From Sphyrna mokarran (Eukaryota): a stretch of 64,000 bases of DNA. Where the stretch lies: assembly GCA_024679065.1 (NCBI GenBank), contig JAGIQG010000019.1, positions 35,278,001 to 35,342,000 of the forward strand. The letters run 5' to 3'. Of the stretch, positions 1 to 11,949 are shown piece after piece (the stretch's first letter is position 1; each line of letters begins with the position of its first letter). The notes under the pieces were generated by a model. It worked only from the letters and a program-made list of their open reading frames with translations. It had not been told where the DNA came from and ran no database searches. The position numbers and the translations under genes are program-made.

Positions 1-810
1 AATGGAGTTATTAAACAAATACTTTACATCTGTCTTTACAACATACGAAGATGCTACCCAGGCCGAGGTGAGAGAGAGGTAACTGGTACACTCGAGGAAT
101 TTACAATTGAGAAGGAAGAAGTGTTAGAAAGGCAATCTTTACTTTAAGTTGACAAGGTACCAGGGCAGGATGAGATGTATCCAAGGACACTGAAAGGTGT
201 GAGAATGGAAATTGCAGAGACACACTGGTGATAATCTTCCAGCCTTCTCTCTCCAGTGTTGGAGAACTGGAGAATTGTGAATATTACAGCCTTGTTTAAA
301 AAGTGATGCCAGGATAAAGCCAGCAACTACAGACCAGTCAGTTCAACTTCAGTGGCAGGAAAACGTCTGGAAATTACAGTTCAGAACAAAATTATTAGGT
401 AGACAGATGCATGATAATTAAAGAACGCCAGCTTGAATTCATTAAGGGAAAATCATGTTTAACTAACTTGCTGGAGTTTTTTGAGGTTGTAAGGGAGAAG
501 GTTAAAAAGGGAAATGCTGTTGATATGACGTATTTGGATTTTCAAAATACGTTTGATATGGTATCACGCAACAGACATGTGAACAAAACTCCAACTCATA
601 GAATAAAAGGGAACGTCAGCACTTGGATAAAAAATTAACTAGTGGCAGGAAATAGAGTTATAAATGTGTCTTTCCAGATTGGAGGGAGGTTTGTAGTGAG
701 TCGGTGTTGGGACTCTTCCTGTTTCCAATATATATAAAATGATCGAGATTGTTCAGACCATGATTGCAAAATGATTTCAGACAATACAAAGATTGGAAAT
801 GTTGTCAAAT
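1..810 (+). mobile_element. Degenerate CR1 RT fragment
   Basis: NYRPVSSTSV, KGKSCLTNLLEFFE and VDMTYLDFQNTFD remnants. Confidence 0.85.
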
Positions 811-850
811 GTGTTGAGAATATTTTTCAACTGCAAACATACATAGGACA

Positions 851-1145
851 GTGAGTGGGAACGTCATGGGGCAGTGGGAGTGGGAACGCCGTGGAGCAGT
901 GGGAGTGGGAACGCCGTGGGGGAGTGGGAGTGGGAACGCCGTGAGGCAGTGGGAGTGGGAACGCCGTGAGGCAGTGGGAGTGGGAACGCCGTGGGGGAGT
1001 GGGAGTGGGAACGCCGTGGAGCAGTGGGAGTGGGAACGCCGTGGGGGAGTGGGAGTGGGAACGCTGGAGCAGTGGGAGTGGGAACGCCGTGGAGCAGTGG
1101 GAGTGGGAGCACCGTGGGGGAGTGGGAACGCTGTGGGGGAGTGTG
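851..1145. repeat. G-rich 25-bp minisatellite (GGGAGTGGGAACGCCGTGGAGCAGT and variants), ~12 units
   Basis: Direct tandem repeats visible in the sequence. Confidence 0.95.
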
Positions 1146-1335
1146 TGGCCCTCCAGACTAGCCCCTCCCCTGTCTCTAAATCAGTCCCTCTTCCTCCTTC
1201 CAGACTAACCCCTCCCCCTCTGTCTAGACCCAGCCCCTCCCCCTCCCTCTCCCTCCAGACCAGCCCTTCCCTCTCTCCCTCCAGATCTGCCCTCCCCCCG
1301 TGCCCTCCTCGCTTTGTCTCCCTCCACACCTCTCC
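1146..1335. repeat. C-rich degenerate tandem repeat (CCCTCCAGAC(T/C)AGCCC...)
   Basis: Recurrent CCAGAC motif in a pyrimidine-rich tract. Confidence 0.7.
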
Positions 1336-2019
1336 ATCCCGATTCCTTTATTTCAGACTGCAGCCATTATTCTCTTCTCGCTCTGTTTGTCTGTTCTCAG
1401 TCACACAGTAAACTCCCAGACGAAGGGGTGATTTTTACAGATTGGGTGAAATGATTTGTTTATTGTAACATTCTCAATCAGTCAGTATTCTGTACAGTCG
1501 GTGCATGGTGACAATGATTGGGTGTCTTTCATGAACAATCACACCCACCCCTTTCCCATCTTCACTAACGGACTCATTTTTCTCAGTGTGTGACTAGCTG
1601 CTCCTTATTGCATGATACATTACCTTAAATTAAAACCCACCTAACAGTCCTTAGTCAATCTGATAAATTGATTCAGATCTCTTTAAATGTAATTTCTTTT
1701 TCTTATACTGGTCCCTGAGCACATGTTACCAACTTGTGTTTCTTTGCCAGTCTATTTTCAAGCCAAGTAAGTTGCCACTGGTTCCATTTCCTGAACCTTC
1801 TTGGAAAGCCTCTCACACACACATCAAGCTTTATTCTGAGAATCCAATTCAATTATATCCAGTAAATACCTTTCAATCACCCAGCCCTCAGATCAATCTG
1901 ATTGATTAGTAAGACATGGTCTATTGCTTCTAAATCTGGATAGAGGGATTCCAATGCCCGCAGACACCTGCGCCAGGCTTGAACTCTGAAATTCACTTAG
2001 TTGCTAACGTAACCTTAAA

Positions 2020-2168
2020 GCTGGAAAATGCTGTAAGCCTGTCAGCAGCACTAGCGAGAGGAACAGAGTTAACGTTTCAGATCAATGACTTTTCATCAGA
2101 GCAGTAATGTTAACTCTGTTCTCTTCTTCCACAAGATGTTTGCTGGCCTGCTGAGTGTACTCCAGCGT
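2020..2168. mobile_element. Palindromic Penelope pLTR-derived element (family B) with hammerhead core
   Basis: Inverted arms ...GAACAGAGTTAAC / GTTAACTCTGTTC...; minus strand reads CTGATGA-AAAGTCATTGATCT-GAAACGTT at 2099-2071. Confidence 0.7.
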
Positions 2169-2316
2169 TGGCAACTCAATTCCAGATCTCCAACACACTG
2201 TGCTTTCCTTTCATTGTGGTGAAGGAATATTCCAAGTCTACTTTACGGTTAAACACACATCCGGGCACTGAAAACACAAGACCTAACATTGGAGAGGGAG
2301 ATGATTCATCAGCAGA

Positions 2317-3066
2317 CAGGGGTGGGAGAAAAGGGGAAAGAGGGGAGTGGGAGAAGGGAGCGTGGAGAAAGGGAGAATGGAGGATGGGGGAAGGGGGAGT
2401 AGAGGAAGGGGAAGGAGGAGTAGAGGGTGGGAAAAGGGGAGTAGGAGTAGGGAAGGGGGAGTAGAGGGTAGGGGAGGAGGAGTAGGGGATGGGGAAGGGT
2501 GAGTAGTGTGGGAGAAGGGGGAGTACAGAGTGGGAGAGGGGGAAAATACCAGGTGGGGAAGATGGAGTGGGGAGGGGGAGTGGAGTAAGGGGGCATGGGA
2601 GAAGGGAAAGAGGAGTGAAGGAAGGGAAGGAGGAGTGGGGGATGGAGGGAGAGTGGAGGAAGGGGGGAGTGAGGAAGGGGGAGTGGAGGAAGGGGAGTGG
2701 AGGAAGGGAGTGGAGGAAGGGAAGGGGGAGAGATGGAAGAGACGGGGGAAGGGAAGTGGGGGATGCAGGGGGGGGAAGCAGGAATGGGGGGAGGGAAGGG
2801 TGAGTGGCGGAAAGGAAACAGGGGAGTGGAGGAAGGAAGAGAGAGGGAGACAGGAAAGGATAGTGGGGGAAGGGAAGGGGAAAGTGGGAAGGGGACTGAG
2901 GGAAGGGGAAGGGGAATGGAGAAGGGGGGAAATGGGGCTGGAATTGGGGAAAGGAGCTGGGGGAAGGGGGAGTGGAAAGAGTGGGAGGGAAGTGGGGGAG
3001 GGGAGTGGGGAAAGGGGAGGGGGTGGGGGAAAAGGGGGAGGGGGTGGGGGAAAGAGGGGGGGGGCG
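2317..3066. repeat. Polypurine (GA-rich) low-complexity tract
   Basis: Almost exclusively G/A for ~750 bp; the overlapping ORFs are artefacts of this composition. Confidence 0.95.
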
Positions 3067-4224
3067 CAGCAAGTTGAGTGGAGAGAGTCTGTGAGGGTGG
3101 GGAGGAATCTTTCTTCATTGGTAAATGTGTTTGAAGCAGAAGCCCTTCCCAATTTTGAGGGTTGGAAGTTAAAGTGAAGATCACAGTTGTGCGACAGAGC
3201 AGTGGAAAGCCTGCAGGACCCTCACCCCAGCGAGTGTGTGTTTGAAAGCATTCCGAATAGTGACAGCTTTCTTCTGAGGCAGGAAGGATTTGGATCCCGT
3301 TGGGAATATTTCACAACTCATGCAGTGCCCGCGAATTCCACAACTTCGCTCAATGAGGTGATTATGAGCGTGTGGGAATGGAAATGTCAGACTAATCTCA
3401 ACCGCGAAAATTATTCTCCTTCCTAGCACTCTCATCCATCATTTTTACGAGTGTTTATATGTAGAAAAAATGTAATAATTTCAAACCTGCTCAGACTGAC
3501 GGAAGACATTGCTCTTTGCAGCTTAGCGTAAAGGGGTCTTCAGCTGAAAGAGCAGCAGTCAAACCGGCCTGACTGCCTCCCCGTCCACACAGGGCCCAGA
3601 GTCCACAGCAAACAAGAGGCTGGGAGCCACTGGAGATGGCCACGCAGAGAGGGTCTCAGTGAGGTCAGCACACACTCGGCTTCCTCTGAGACACAAGCAT
3701 GGAATTAAACAGCATGTTATTCGGAAGAGAGTTCTGCTGGTTGTTCCCTCTTCTCTTCACACCTGACTGACACTGCCAGAAACATTCAAGGGGCTAAATG
3801 AAGTCTGTCACAGGGGAAGGAGCGGGACTAAAAAGAAATTGCTGCCATTTGATCAGTCAACGATTTGATCTTCAGGGGAAAAATATTTAATGAGATTGAA
3901 GAGTGGTCCGTTTCTATGTGGCAGCTTTAGCTGGTATATTTCAGATTGCAGACACAAGGACAAAGCTGTACTAAAATCAGCATTCTCTGATTTCTAATGT
4001 CAGTGTGCTCAACTTACGCTTTTAATAAATAATTATACTATATAACTATAATAAGATTAAATAATTTACATCATTTATTCAGGTTTGGCCCCATTCTTTT
4101 GAAGTGTACATGACTGAATGTAAAGAGTCACGGTTAAATATGTAAGCAGACAGTCTCTATCATAAGTGATATAAGATCACAACAGGGCATGTTGACAGAT
4201 AGCTCACTCTCAAACCACGTGCTG

Positions 4225-4350
4225 AGCTTGGCGCCATCCAGGATAAAGCAGGCTATGAACATCCACTCCCTCCACCGCCAACCAGCAGCGTGTACTATCT
4301 ACAGGCACGGCAACAATTCACCAAAAATCCTTCCGCAGCACCTTCCAATC
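4225..4350 (+). mobile_element. Non-LTR retrotransposon 3' fragment (RTE-X-like, clade uncertain)
   Basis: CCATCCAGGATAAAGCAG..CACTCCCTCCACC..CACCTTCCAA; homologous to 53140-53760 (minus) and 15525-15930. Confidence 0.6.
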
Positions 4351-4569
4351 TCAGAATTCAAGAATATTCCATCAGTGAATAACAAAGAGAAGGCATTGGA
4401 GTTTGCTTACTCCCATCAGCAGCCATCTCCTATGGAGGTAACAACATATAGAAATCCCCCAGAACCTCAAATTCATTGGCTTTCTGAACTTTCCTATTAT
4501 CCATCCACCCAGTCCCCACCAATCACAGAGTGTGTGACACACACAAAAGGAATGGAATATATGGAAGTT

Positions 4570-6330
4570 TAACCGAAGTTGTACAGGTGAAATCATATCA
4601 GGAATATATATATAGTTTTGGTCTTCTTATTTAAGAAAGGATAACACTGCGTTAGAAACAGGTCAGAGAAGGTACACTGATTGTTGGAAGCTCTGGGGAA
4701 GTGTCATCCAGACGCAAAACTTTCGCTCTATTCCCTCTCCACACGGTCTGTCAGACCTGCTGAGATCTTCCAGCATTTTCAGTTTTGTCCTGGAAGGAAG
4801 AATTATCCTATGAGAAAAAGTCAGACAGGTTGGGCCCATGCACTCACTAGAGTTTAGAAAGAGATGGGATCTTATTGAAACTTATAAGACCCTGAGAGGA
4901 TTGGAAAGGTTGGATACTGAGAGAATGTTTCCTCTTGTTGGGAAGACACAGAATTTACACAATTAAAAAAAAGATGGCCTTTGGGATTCGCCCAACCCGT
5001 CCTGCTGGCCCCAATTGGGTTCCTGCTCACAGCGGGCAGCAACCCGGTAATTATACCAACCCATTAGTTTGAATGTTATTAGCATGTTCAATGGCCCATT
5101 CACCAGTCTCTTGCCATTCACCTGTGTGAACAGCAACAAGCGGGCTTTACATATGCTACCCACGGCAGGGACATGGCATGCTGGACCCCAAGGATCCAGG
5201 GGAGCACACCAAACCCCTCAGAAAAGAAGGGCATCCTCTGTACCCCCACCACTCAAATCATGGGTCACCTTCCACCTCCCACAGCGCACAGGATTGAAAG
5301 TTACTCAATATTACCTGTCCCCTTAGCCCCCACTTCATGCCACGCACCTTGACAGTGCCAACAGTGCACTGCCTTGGTACCCTGATCTGGTGCCCTGGAC
5401 CCCAAGGGGGATTGAAGAGGTAGGTCATTTGCCCCTCTCCTTCTGCCAAGGTAAAGAGGAAGGGCTGCCCTCAAGGATCCTAGGGGTTGGGTGGGGTTCA
5501 GTGTGGAGACTAGGGGTTGACCTTGTATCAGTCTGCCAGGATGGAGGTGTTGTAGCTGGACTGTCCATTCTAGCCCTGACAGACCCAAAGATTACCCGTG
5601 GCATGGTGACTTCAGGCAGCCCAACGATCAATTTCCACACTCCCTACTGCCAGGAGGACTGACTGGGGAATACGAGGGGAGAAGGGGATCTGAGGAGGAA
5701 GGGAGGGTCTGGGGGGAGTCAGATCACCCTCATGTTTGCACAATATGGGGGAGGGATTACCCTTTATTTGTGGGTTGGAGACAGAGGATGCCCTTTTTGG
5801 TGATGGGTTTGTTGGTGCTCCCCTGGTTAGTGGGCGGGGGGAATGCACAATTTCATTTTTTGTGGGGAGGAGGACCAGTCCCGGTGCCTGCAGATCAGAG
5901 CAGCTTTTAGGAAGGGCAGACTGGTCTTGGAACAGCGGAGCAGGCCAACGCGTTCTCAAAATAAGCTGATTAGCATCTTTCACGGTGAATCCCAGCTGAT
6001 AGACTTTGCCCACGCAGGGGGAAACATTCCCACTTTCCTGTCAGTGTGGGCACGTGATCCCAAAACAGAAGAATCAGCCCCAAGAGAACTCCCATTAAAG
6101 ATAGAGATGAAGAAAAATGTTTTCTTTTGGGGTGTGATTAGAACGGGAATTCTCTTCAGAACGCAGTGGAGGCTTCATCATTGAATTTATTCCAGAATAG
6201 ATTAGATAGATTTTAGACAGAGAGCTGGGATTTCTGGGGGGCAGTCAGGAAGGTGGAATTGAGACATCAATCAGATCAGCCTGGTGAAACAGGCACAAAG
6301 GGCCGAATGGCCTCCTCTTGTTCTTAAATC
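4570..6330 (+). mobile_element. CR1 3' fragment interrupted by a Penelope pLTR piece (~4690-4790) and a ~1.1 kb element (4976-6081)
   Basis: CR1 3' ORF2/UTR motifs stop at ~4960, resume at ~6085 and end in GGCCGAATGGCCTCCTCTTGTTC. Confidence 0.7.
4976..6081. mobile_element. GC-rich non-autonomous DNA element (Harbinger-like degenerate TIRs)
   Basis: Inserted in a CR1; ends resemble GGGC(G/T)G(G/A)ATT.. / ..GAATCAGCCC; no transposase ORF. Confidence 0.5.
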
Positions 6331-6829
6331 CCACATTACACTGACAGAATTTAGTTAGCATTAAGGATCAATAATGGAGCTATTATATTGGTGAGAGCAT
6401 TCAAAAGTCACTCACAGTTCATATATATTTGAATAATGAGGAGTCCTAAATCAAAGAACAAATCAGCTACCAAATTGTGCAGAGACAGAGAAATAAGTTT
6501 ACAGGCAGCTTTCAGAGGGTTCAAGAACTTTGGAGTGATGATAGTTACCTTAATAAAGGCTGGGAAAATAACACCGAAAAGTTTAAAAAAGAGGGAAGAT
6601 TCTCTAAATACACAACACAACGTGCTTCACAAAGACAACAATGGCAGTGTTCACAACATCATTAATTTTAGAGGTAGAGAGAGAGGGAAGGAAATATCAA
6701 TTGTGAAAACATTTTACTGATGGAGGTGAGTTTGGGGTGGGGGAGATTTGATTGTGTGGAAGGTGTGGATTGGGGATCCTGCCACCTTCCCAACTCCCCC
6801 TATCCAAACCCTGGGCAGGAAAGATGGAA

Positions 6830-7030
6830 GTCATGATGTAGAGAAGCCGGCGTTGGACTGGGGTGAACACTGTAAGAAGTCTGATGACACCAGGTTTGAG
6901 TCCAACTGATTTATTTGATAGTAAACTCACACAAGCTACTGATTAAGAGGACAACCTCGAAAGGCTTGTGTGAGTTTACTATCAAATAAATTGGTTGGAC
7001 TCAAACCTGGTGTTGTCAGACTTCTTACTA
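6830..7030. mobile_element. Palindromic Penelope pLTR-derived element (family A)
   Basis: ~65-bp inverted arms 6872-6936 / 6964-7028 around a hammerhead-like core at 6939-6962; same sequence as the 3' end of the Penelope at ~36100-36180. Confidence 0.8.
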
Positions 7031-8169
7031 GGGAGGATAGAAGGCAGTCTTCCCTCTGGTGGTTGATCCCACCACCACTGGTATTGAACCAATGGTAGGC
7101 AGGGGACTCACCATCCAAGGAGGCTGTGAAGGAAACTCTATTGGGCTTGTGGCCCCTTGTCAGGGTTGCGGGAGAAGGGGGGGTGTTGAAGGGGGAACTC
7201 TCATTCACAGATGCCCAATTGAGGGACTCAGATTCAGCATGGTTGGGGAGAGGGGAGATGGAAGGTGGGGGGGGGGGAATGAAAGCCACCCAGTGACTTT
7301 CTCCCCACCACTCATCACACCATGACCCCCATTCCTCCCACCCTGGCCTCAATCCAGGGATCCATGGCTGATGGTGGGTGAGGTGTGGGAGCGATAGTGG
7401 GAGTGAGGTGAGATTAGGGTTTCCTCATTGGAATCAGTATCTTTCAGTTCATACTGAATTCTCCTGACACTGCAGCCTCAGCAACAGAGGGAAAATCAGC
7501 ATCAATATATGTAAAGTGTAGCGGGGGCGGGGGTCAGTATTTTTGGTGACAAATTCTAACCGTGGTGATAATAACATGGGAAATAGAATTCTGAGCTTGA
7601 GGGGGGGGGGTCGCTGGTGGAGGGGGAAGGCTGTCTCTGATCGGATTCTCCCCCGGGAACGTGCTGGCTGTATTTGCTGATCTGCTTACACAGGGCTCTG
7701 GAGGCTCAGCCAGATTTATAAATACAATCCGTCGTATTTCCCAGAGGACTGTACCTTTATCAGGATTGACTGGCTCGCTGGGCTGCTCCCATGGGATTGG
7801 CTCGCCTTCTCTCTCCTGCCCGTGATTTATTTTCTCATTCTTGCATTCTGCTGAGGCTATCCTTCATTTCTCTAAATTAGATTCATTTACCCCTCTCCCA
7901 GCGCCACCGATTATTTTATCTGTCTGGATTTGTTAACGTGATTTTTTTTTTGTATTAACACTGCTTGAATGCTATGATGGAGCAGCTGATCACTGCATAA
8001 CCTGAAAGGCAGGAAAATGTCCCACAATCTGGCACTATCACTGTGTCTCACTTTAGCAACTTGGCACTCGTAAATGTGTGTCCAACTCTTCTTCTACACA
8101 AATGGAACTTGTCAATAATATTCTGTGTGTGTTTTTCTATCCATATGTCTGTGTTAATATTGATGGATA

Positions 8170-8745
8170 TATACCTGTGTTTATGTACTGAAGTCTTTGT
8201 ATGTGACTGTGTTTGTGTCTGTGCTTCTGTGTGTGATTGTGTCTGTGTTTCTTTGTGTGATTGTGTACATGTGTCTGTGTTTCTGCATGTGATTGTGTTT
8301 TTGTGTTTCTGTCTTTATGTGATTGTGTGTGTCTGTCTTTATGTGATTGTGTTTGTATTTCTGTGTGTATAACTGTGTGTGTGTATGTTTCTGTGTGATT
8401 GTCTCTGTATGCCCGTGTGTGATTATGTCTGTGTTTCTGTGTGTTGTGTCTGTATTTCTGTGTGTGATTATGTCTGTGTTTCTGTGTGTTGTGTCTGTAT
8501 TTCGGTGTGTGATTGTGTCTGTGTATCTGTGTTTTCGTATGATTGTGCCTGTGTTTCTGTGCGTTATTGTGTGTGTCTGTGTTCCAGTGTGATTGTGTCT
8601 GTATTTCTGTCTGTTTAATATGTGTGTCTGGTTTCTGTGTGTGTGATTGTGTGTGTCTATTCCTGTGTGTGTGACTGTGTGTGTGACTGTGTGTGTGACT
8701 GTGTGTGTGACTGTATTTCTGTGTGTGATTTGTATGAGTATTTGT
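8170..8745. repeat. (TG)-rich microsatellite-derived tandem array (GTGTGATTGTGTCTGTGTTTCT-like units)
   Basis: Visible tandem structure. Confidence 0.95.
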
Positions 8746-9399
8746 ATTTCTATTTATGAATGCACAGTAAAGGGTGAGTATGACTGTTAATCACTAGGTT
8801 GTAGGGAATCAGGATAAGATTGAGAAGTCCCACAGACACTGATCCTATCCAACAGGTATTAATAACTTGATAACTGTGAGAATAAGAAGAAGGTGGTGAT
8901 TACAATACCTGAGTGACCTCGGCACTATGGTGCATCCGTCCTCAACAGAAATGTTGCAGTTTTAAAGAAGTTAGTAACTTGGAGGGTGATTAATGTCATC
9001 TGCAGCCAGGATTGAGAGTCCCAGCGATGTACTGACTTGGTGTTGGGATGTGTCATATTCAGTGCAGCTGGAAAGGAATTTGGAAAGGCAGAGGAAACAT
9101 CCATGGTCCATCTCAAAATCAGTGATGTATGGAATGGGCTGGACCAAAGCTCCCCCACCACAGGATAAATAGGGTGATAAAATGAACTTTGAACTCATAA
9201 ATACCAGAAGGGATCTGAAACAAACAATCACAAAACTGATAACTAGGTGATTACAAAAAAGGATGACTGGACTTCAGGTCACAAACAACAATATAAATGA
9301 CTCCATATGAAGTAAATTGAATAAAATAGTTCCGACAGGAGTAAGAAATGTATTAAGTTAACAAGTGTGAGGAAGACCCCAGGGACAGAAGCTCACAGC

Positions 9400-10170
9400 T
9401 GATGCCTAAAGAAGTTTTATACAACTACCATGTGGAGTTTAGGAAATAAATTGAGTGAAAACATGGAGGCAAACTGATTGGGGATTAAATATTCCAGCTA
9501 ATAAAATCTTTGGAAAAGAGGTAGATGGTATTGTTTAAAGGTAGTATTACAAATTAGTTAGAGATTATTTGGTATAAGCAAAACAAGTGATTGCAGAATC
9601 TATCATTAGAATTGAGGAATGAGTGACTAAGATTCGAGATTTGATGAGGTTAACTTTGACAGGGTGAGACAGACACTGACCACAGCAAACTGGTCAACAT
9701 TGTTCTTGGATTAAACTACAGAGGAACTGTGGCATATATTCAAAAATACCCCATAGCTGATTACAGAGATAAGAGACAATATAAAACATAAGGACAGGGC
9801 ATGTAAAAATGTAAAGAATACTGTGTATCCAGGAGGTTAGGTATGATATAAAGATCAGTGATGTAAGACAAAAAAAAGGATAGTAAGAGCATCAAAAAGA
9901 GAATATAAAAAGAAACTCGCAGATGATACCAAGATTAACAGTTTTTACAATTATGTTAAAAGAAATTGAATCATTGAAGGTGATGTGGTTTCTTTAAAAT
10001 AGATACGGTCATATTGCAAATGAAATTCAGGGAAAGGACAGACTTGTTCAATAATGACTTTGAGTTAGTCTTCATAACAGAGAAAGAGGATAACGTACCT
10101 GAGGCTCCAGAGAAATTTATAGTGAATCAAGGACTGGAATTCATTGAAGTTAATATAAGCAATAAAACTC
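9400..10170 (+). mobile_element. Highly degenerate CR1 ORF2 remnant
   Basis: Remnants of the endonuclease-RT linker (ANF.., LW..FK, REY.K.LA, FYNYV). Confidence 0.55.
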
Positions 10171-10647
10171 TATGACAGAGTGTGAGAGTCTGGTGAAAAA
10201 AGGGAAATGTTAAATATCTTTCTAAAAATCCAATATTGTTTGTATTTGTGGTTAACATTTAACTGCAAGTGTTCTTTAACTTGTACATCTCCTCCAGGGG
10301 CCCAAGTCAGGGGAGAGAAGCTGTCTACAGGCAGCAGATGAAAGAGTTCATAAAATCACAGAAACTCTACAGTGCAGAAAGAGGTCATTTGGCCCATCGA
10401 GTCTACACCAACTACCATCCCACCCAGACCCTACCTCCATATCTCTACACATTTACCCACTAATCCCTCGAACCTATGCACCTCAGGGTTCTAAGGGGCA
10501 ATTTTAGCCTAAATATACCTGTTTATCATTATATGTTTAATATTATTTAACTTGATTAGCTTGAACTGGGGTCTGCTAATTCTTTTGTCCAAAACATTGA
10601 AATTTAAACACTCTCTGTGTGACCAGCACTGAATGCAGTTTTGGACA

Positions 10648-10740
10648 CAGTAAGATGTCTTACAATGCTAGGTTAAAGTCCAACAGGTTTATTAGATATC
10701 ATGAGCTTTCAGAATACTGCTCCATTGTCAGATGAGTGGA
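10648..10740 (-). mobile_element. Penelope family A pLTR fragment with decayed hammerhead core
   Basis: Minus strand reads CTGACAAT-GGAGCAGTATTCT-GAAAGCT..TAAACCTGTTGGACTTTAACC. Confidence 0.7.
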
Positions 10741-10759
10741 AAGGACATAATAGGTACCT

Positions 10760-11940
10760 TCTTGGCTACTCCTTCAAAAGAACTCAATCAAATTCTTGAG
10801 ACATGATTTTCCAGTCACAATGCTGACTGTCCCTAATCAGTCCTTGCCTTTCTAAATGTCTGTAAATCTGTCTCTTAGAATTCCTTCTAACAACTTATTC
10901 ACTATAGGCACTAGACTCATCGTTCTTTACCGGATAATTGCCAAACTTTTCTCTGCAGCCCTTCTTAAACAAAGGCACAACATTTGCCACTCTTCAATCT
11001 TTAGGCACCTCACTTGTGGCTGTCGATGATTCAAATATCTCTGCTAGGGGACCCGCAATTCTTCCTTAACCTCCCACCTCTTGGGATACACTTCTTCAGG
11101 TTCCAGGAATGTATCTGCCTTGATGCATTGACTTCCAGCACCTCCCTCTTTGTACACTCCTATTTATATATCACTTTTTTCCCAAATTCCCTAACATTCA
11201 TGACTTTCCTATTCATTTAGGATCTCAACTAAATCTTGTGGATTTGCACATCGATGACCTTGTTAATCCTTAAGAGACTCTACTCTCTCCCTGGCTACTC
11301 TTTCACCCTTTATGTATTTGTATTAACTCTTTGGATTCTTCTTTGCCTTATTTGCCAAAGTAACATCTGTCCCCTTTGTGCCTTCCTGATTTCTCTCTTA
11401 ATTCTACTCTGACTCCTTCTGTACTCTTCAAGAGATCCATTTAATCCCAGCTGCCTATACATGTCATGTGCCCCCCTTCTTCTTCTTGACCAGAACCTCA
11501 ATATCCTGAATCATCTAGGGCTCCATACTTCTACCAGTTTTTCCTTTCACTCTGAAAGGAACGTCCTTACCCTGAACCCTGGTTAACAAACTTCTGAAAT
11601 CCTCCCATTTTCCTGTTACCCCTTTGCCTTCCCACAGACCCCCCCAATCAATTTTTGCAAGTTCCTGCCTGATATCATCAAAATTGGCCTTGCTGCAATT
11701 TTGAATTTTAACTTTTGGTCCAGACCTATCATTCTCCACAGCTATTTTAAAACTAATGGAATTATGGTCACTGGTCCCAAAGTGATCCCTTGCTAACACT
11801 TCTGTCATCTGCCCTACCTTGTCCCAAGAGGAGGTCAAGTTTTGCCCACTCTCTAGTTGAGCCATCCACATACTGAATGAGAAATTCCTCCTGAATACTC
11901 TCAACAAATTTCCTCCATCCAGGAGAGAAATTTCCAAATC
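10760..11940 (-). mobile_element. CR1 ORF2 fragment
   Basis: SDHNSISF, KANFDDIRQEL and QHCD..SRI remnants on the minus strand. Confidence 0.85.
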
Positions 11941-11949
11941 TTCTGGTTT

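Noticed and set aside
805-3184. Long Pro/Gly/Glu-rich ORFs (170-300 aa)
   Set aside because: Open in multiple frames only because they lie in minisatellite or polypurine tracts that lack stop codons.
8043-8618. Cys/Val-rich hydrophobic ORFs
   Set aside because: Translations of a (TG)n-derived array.
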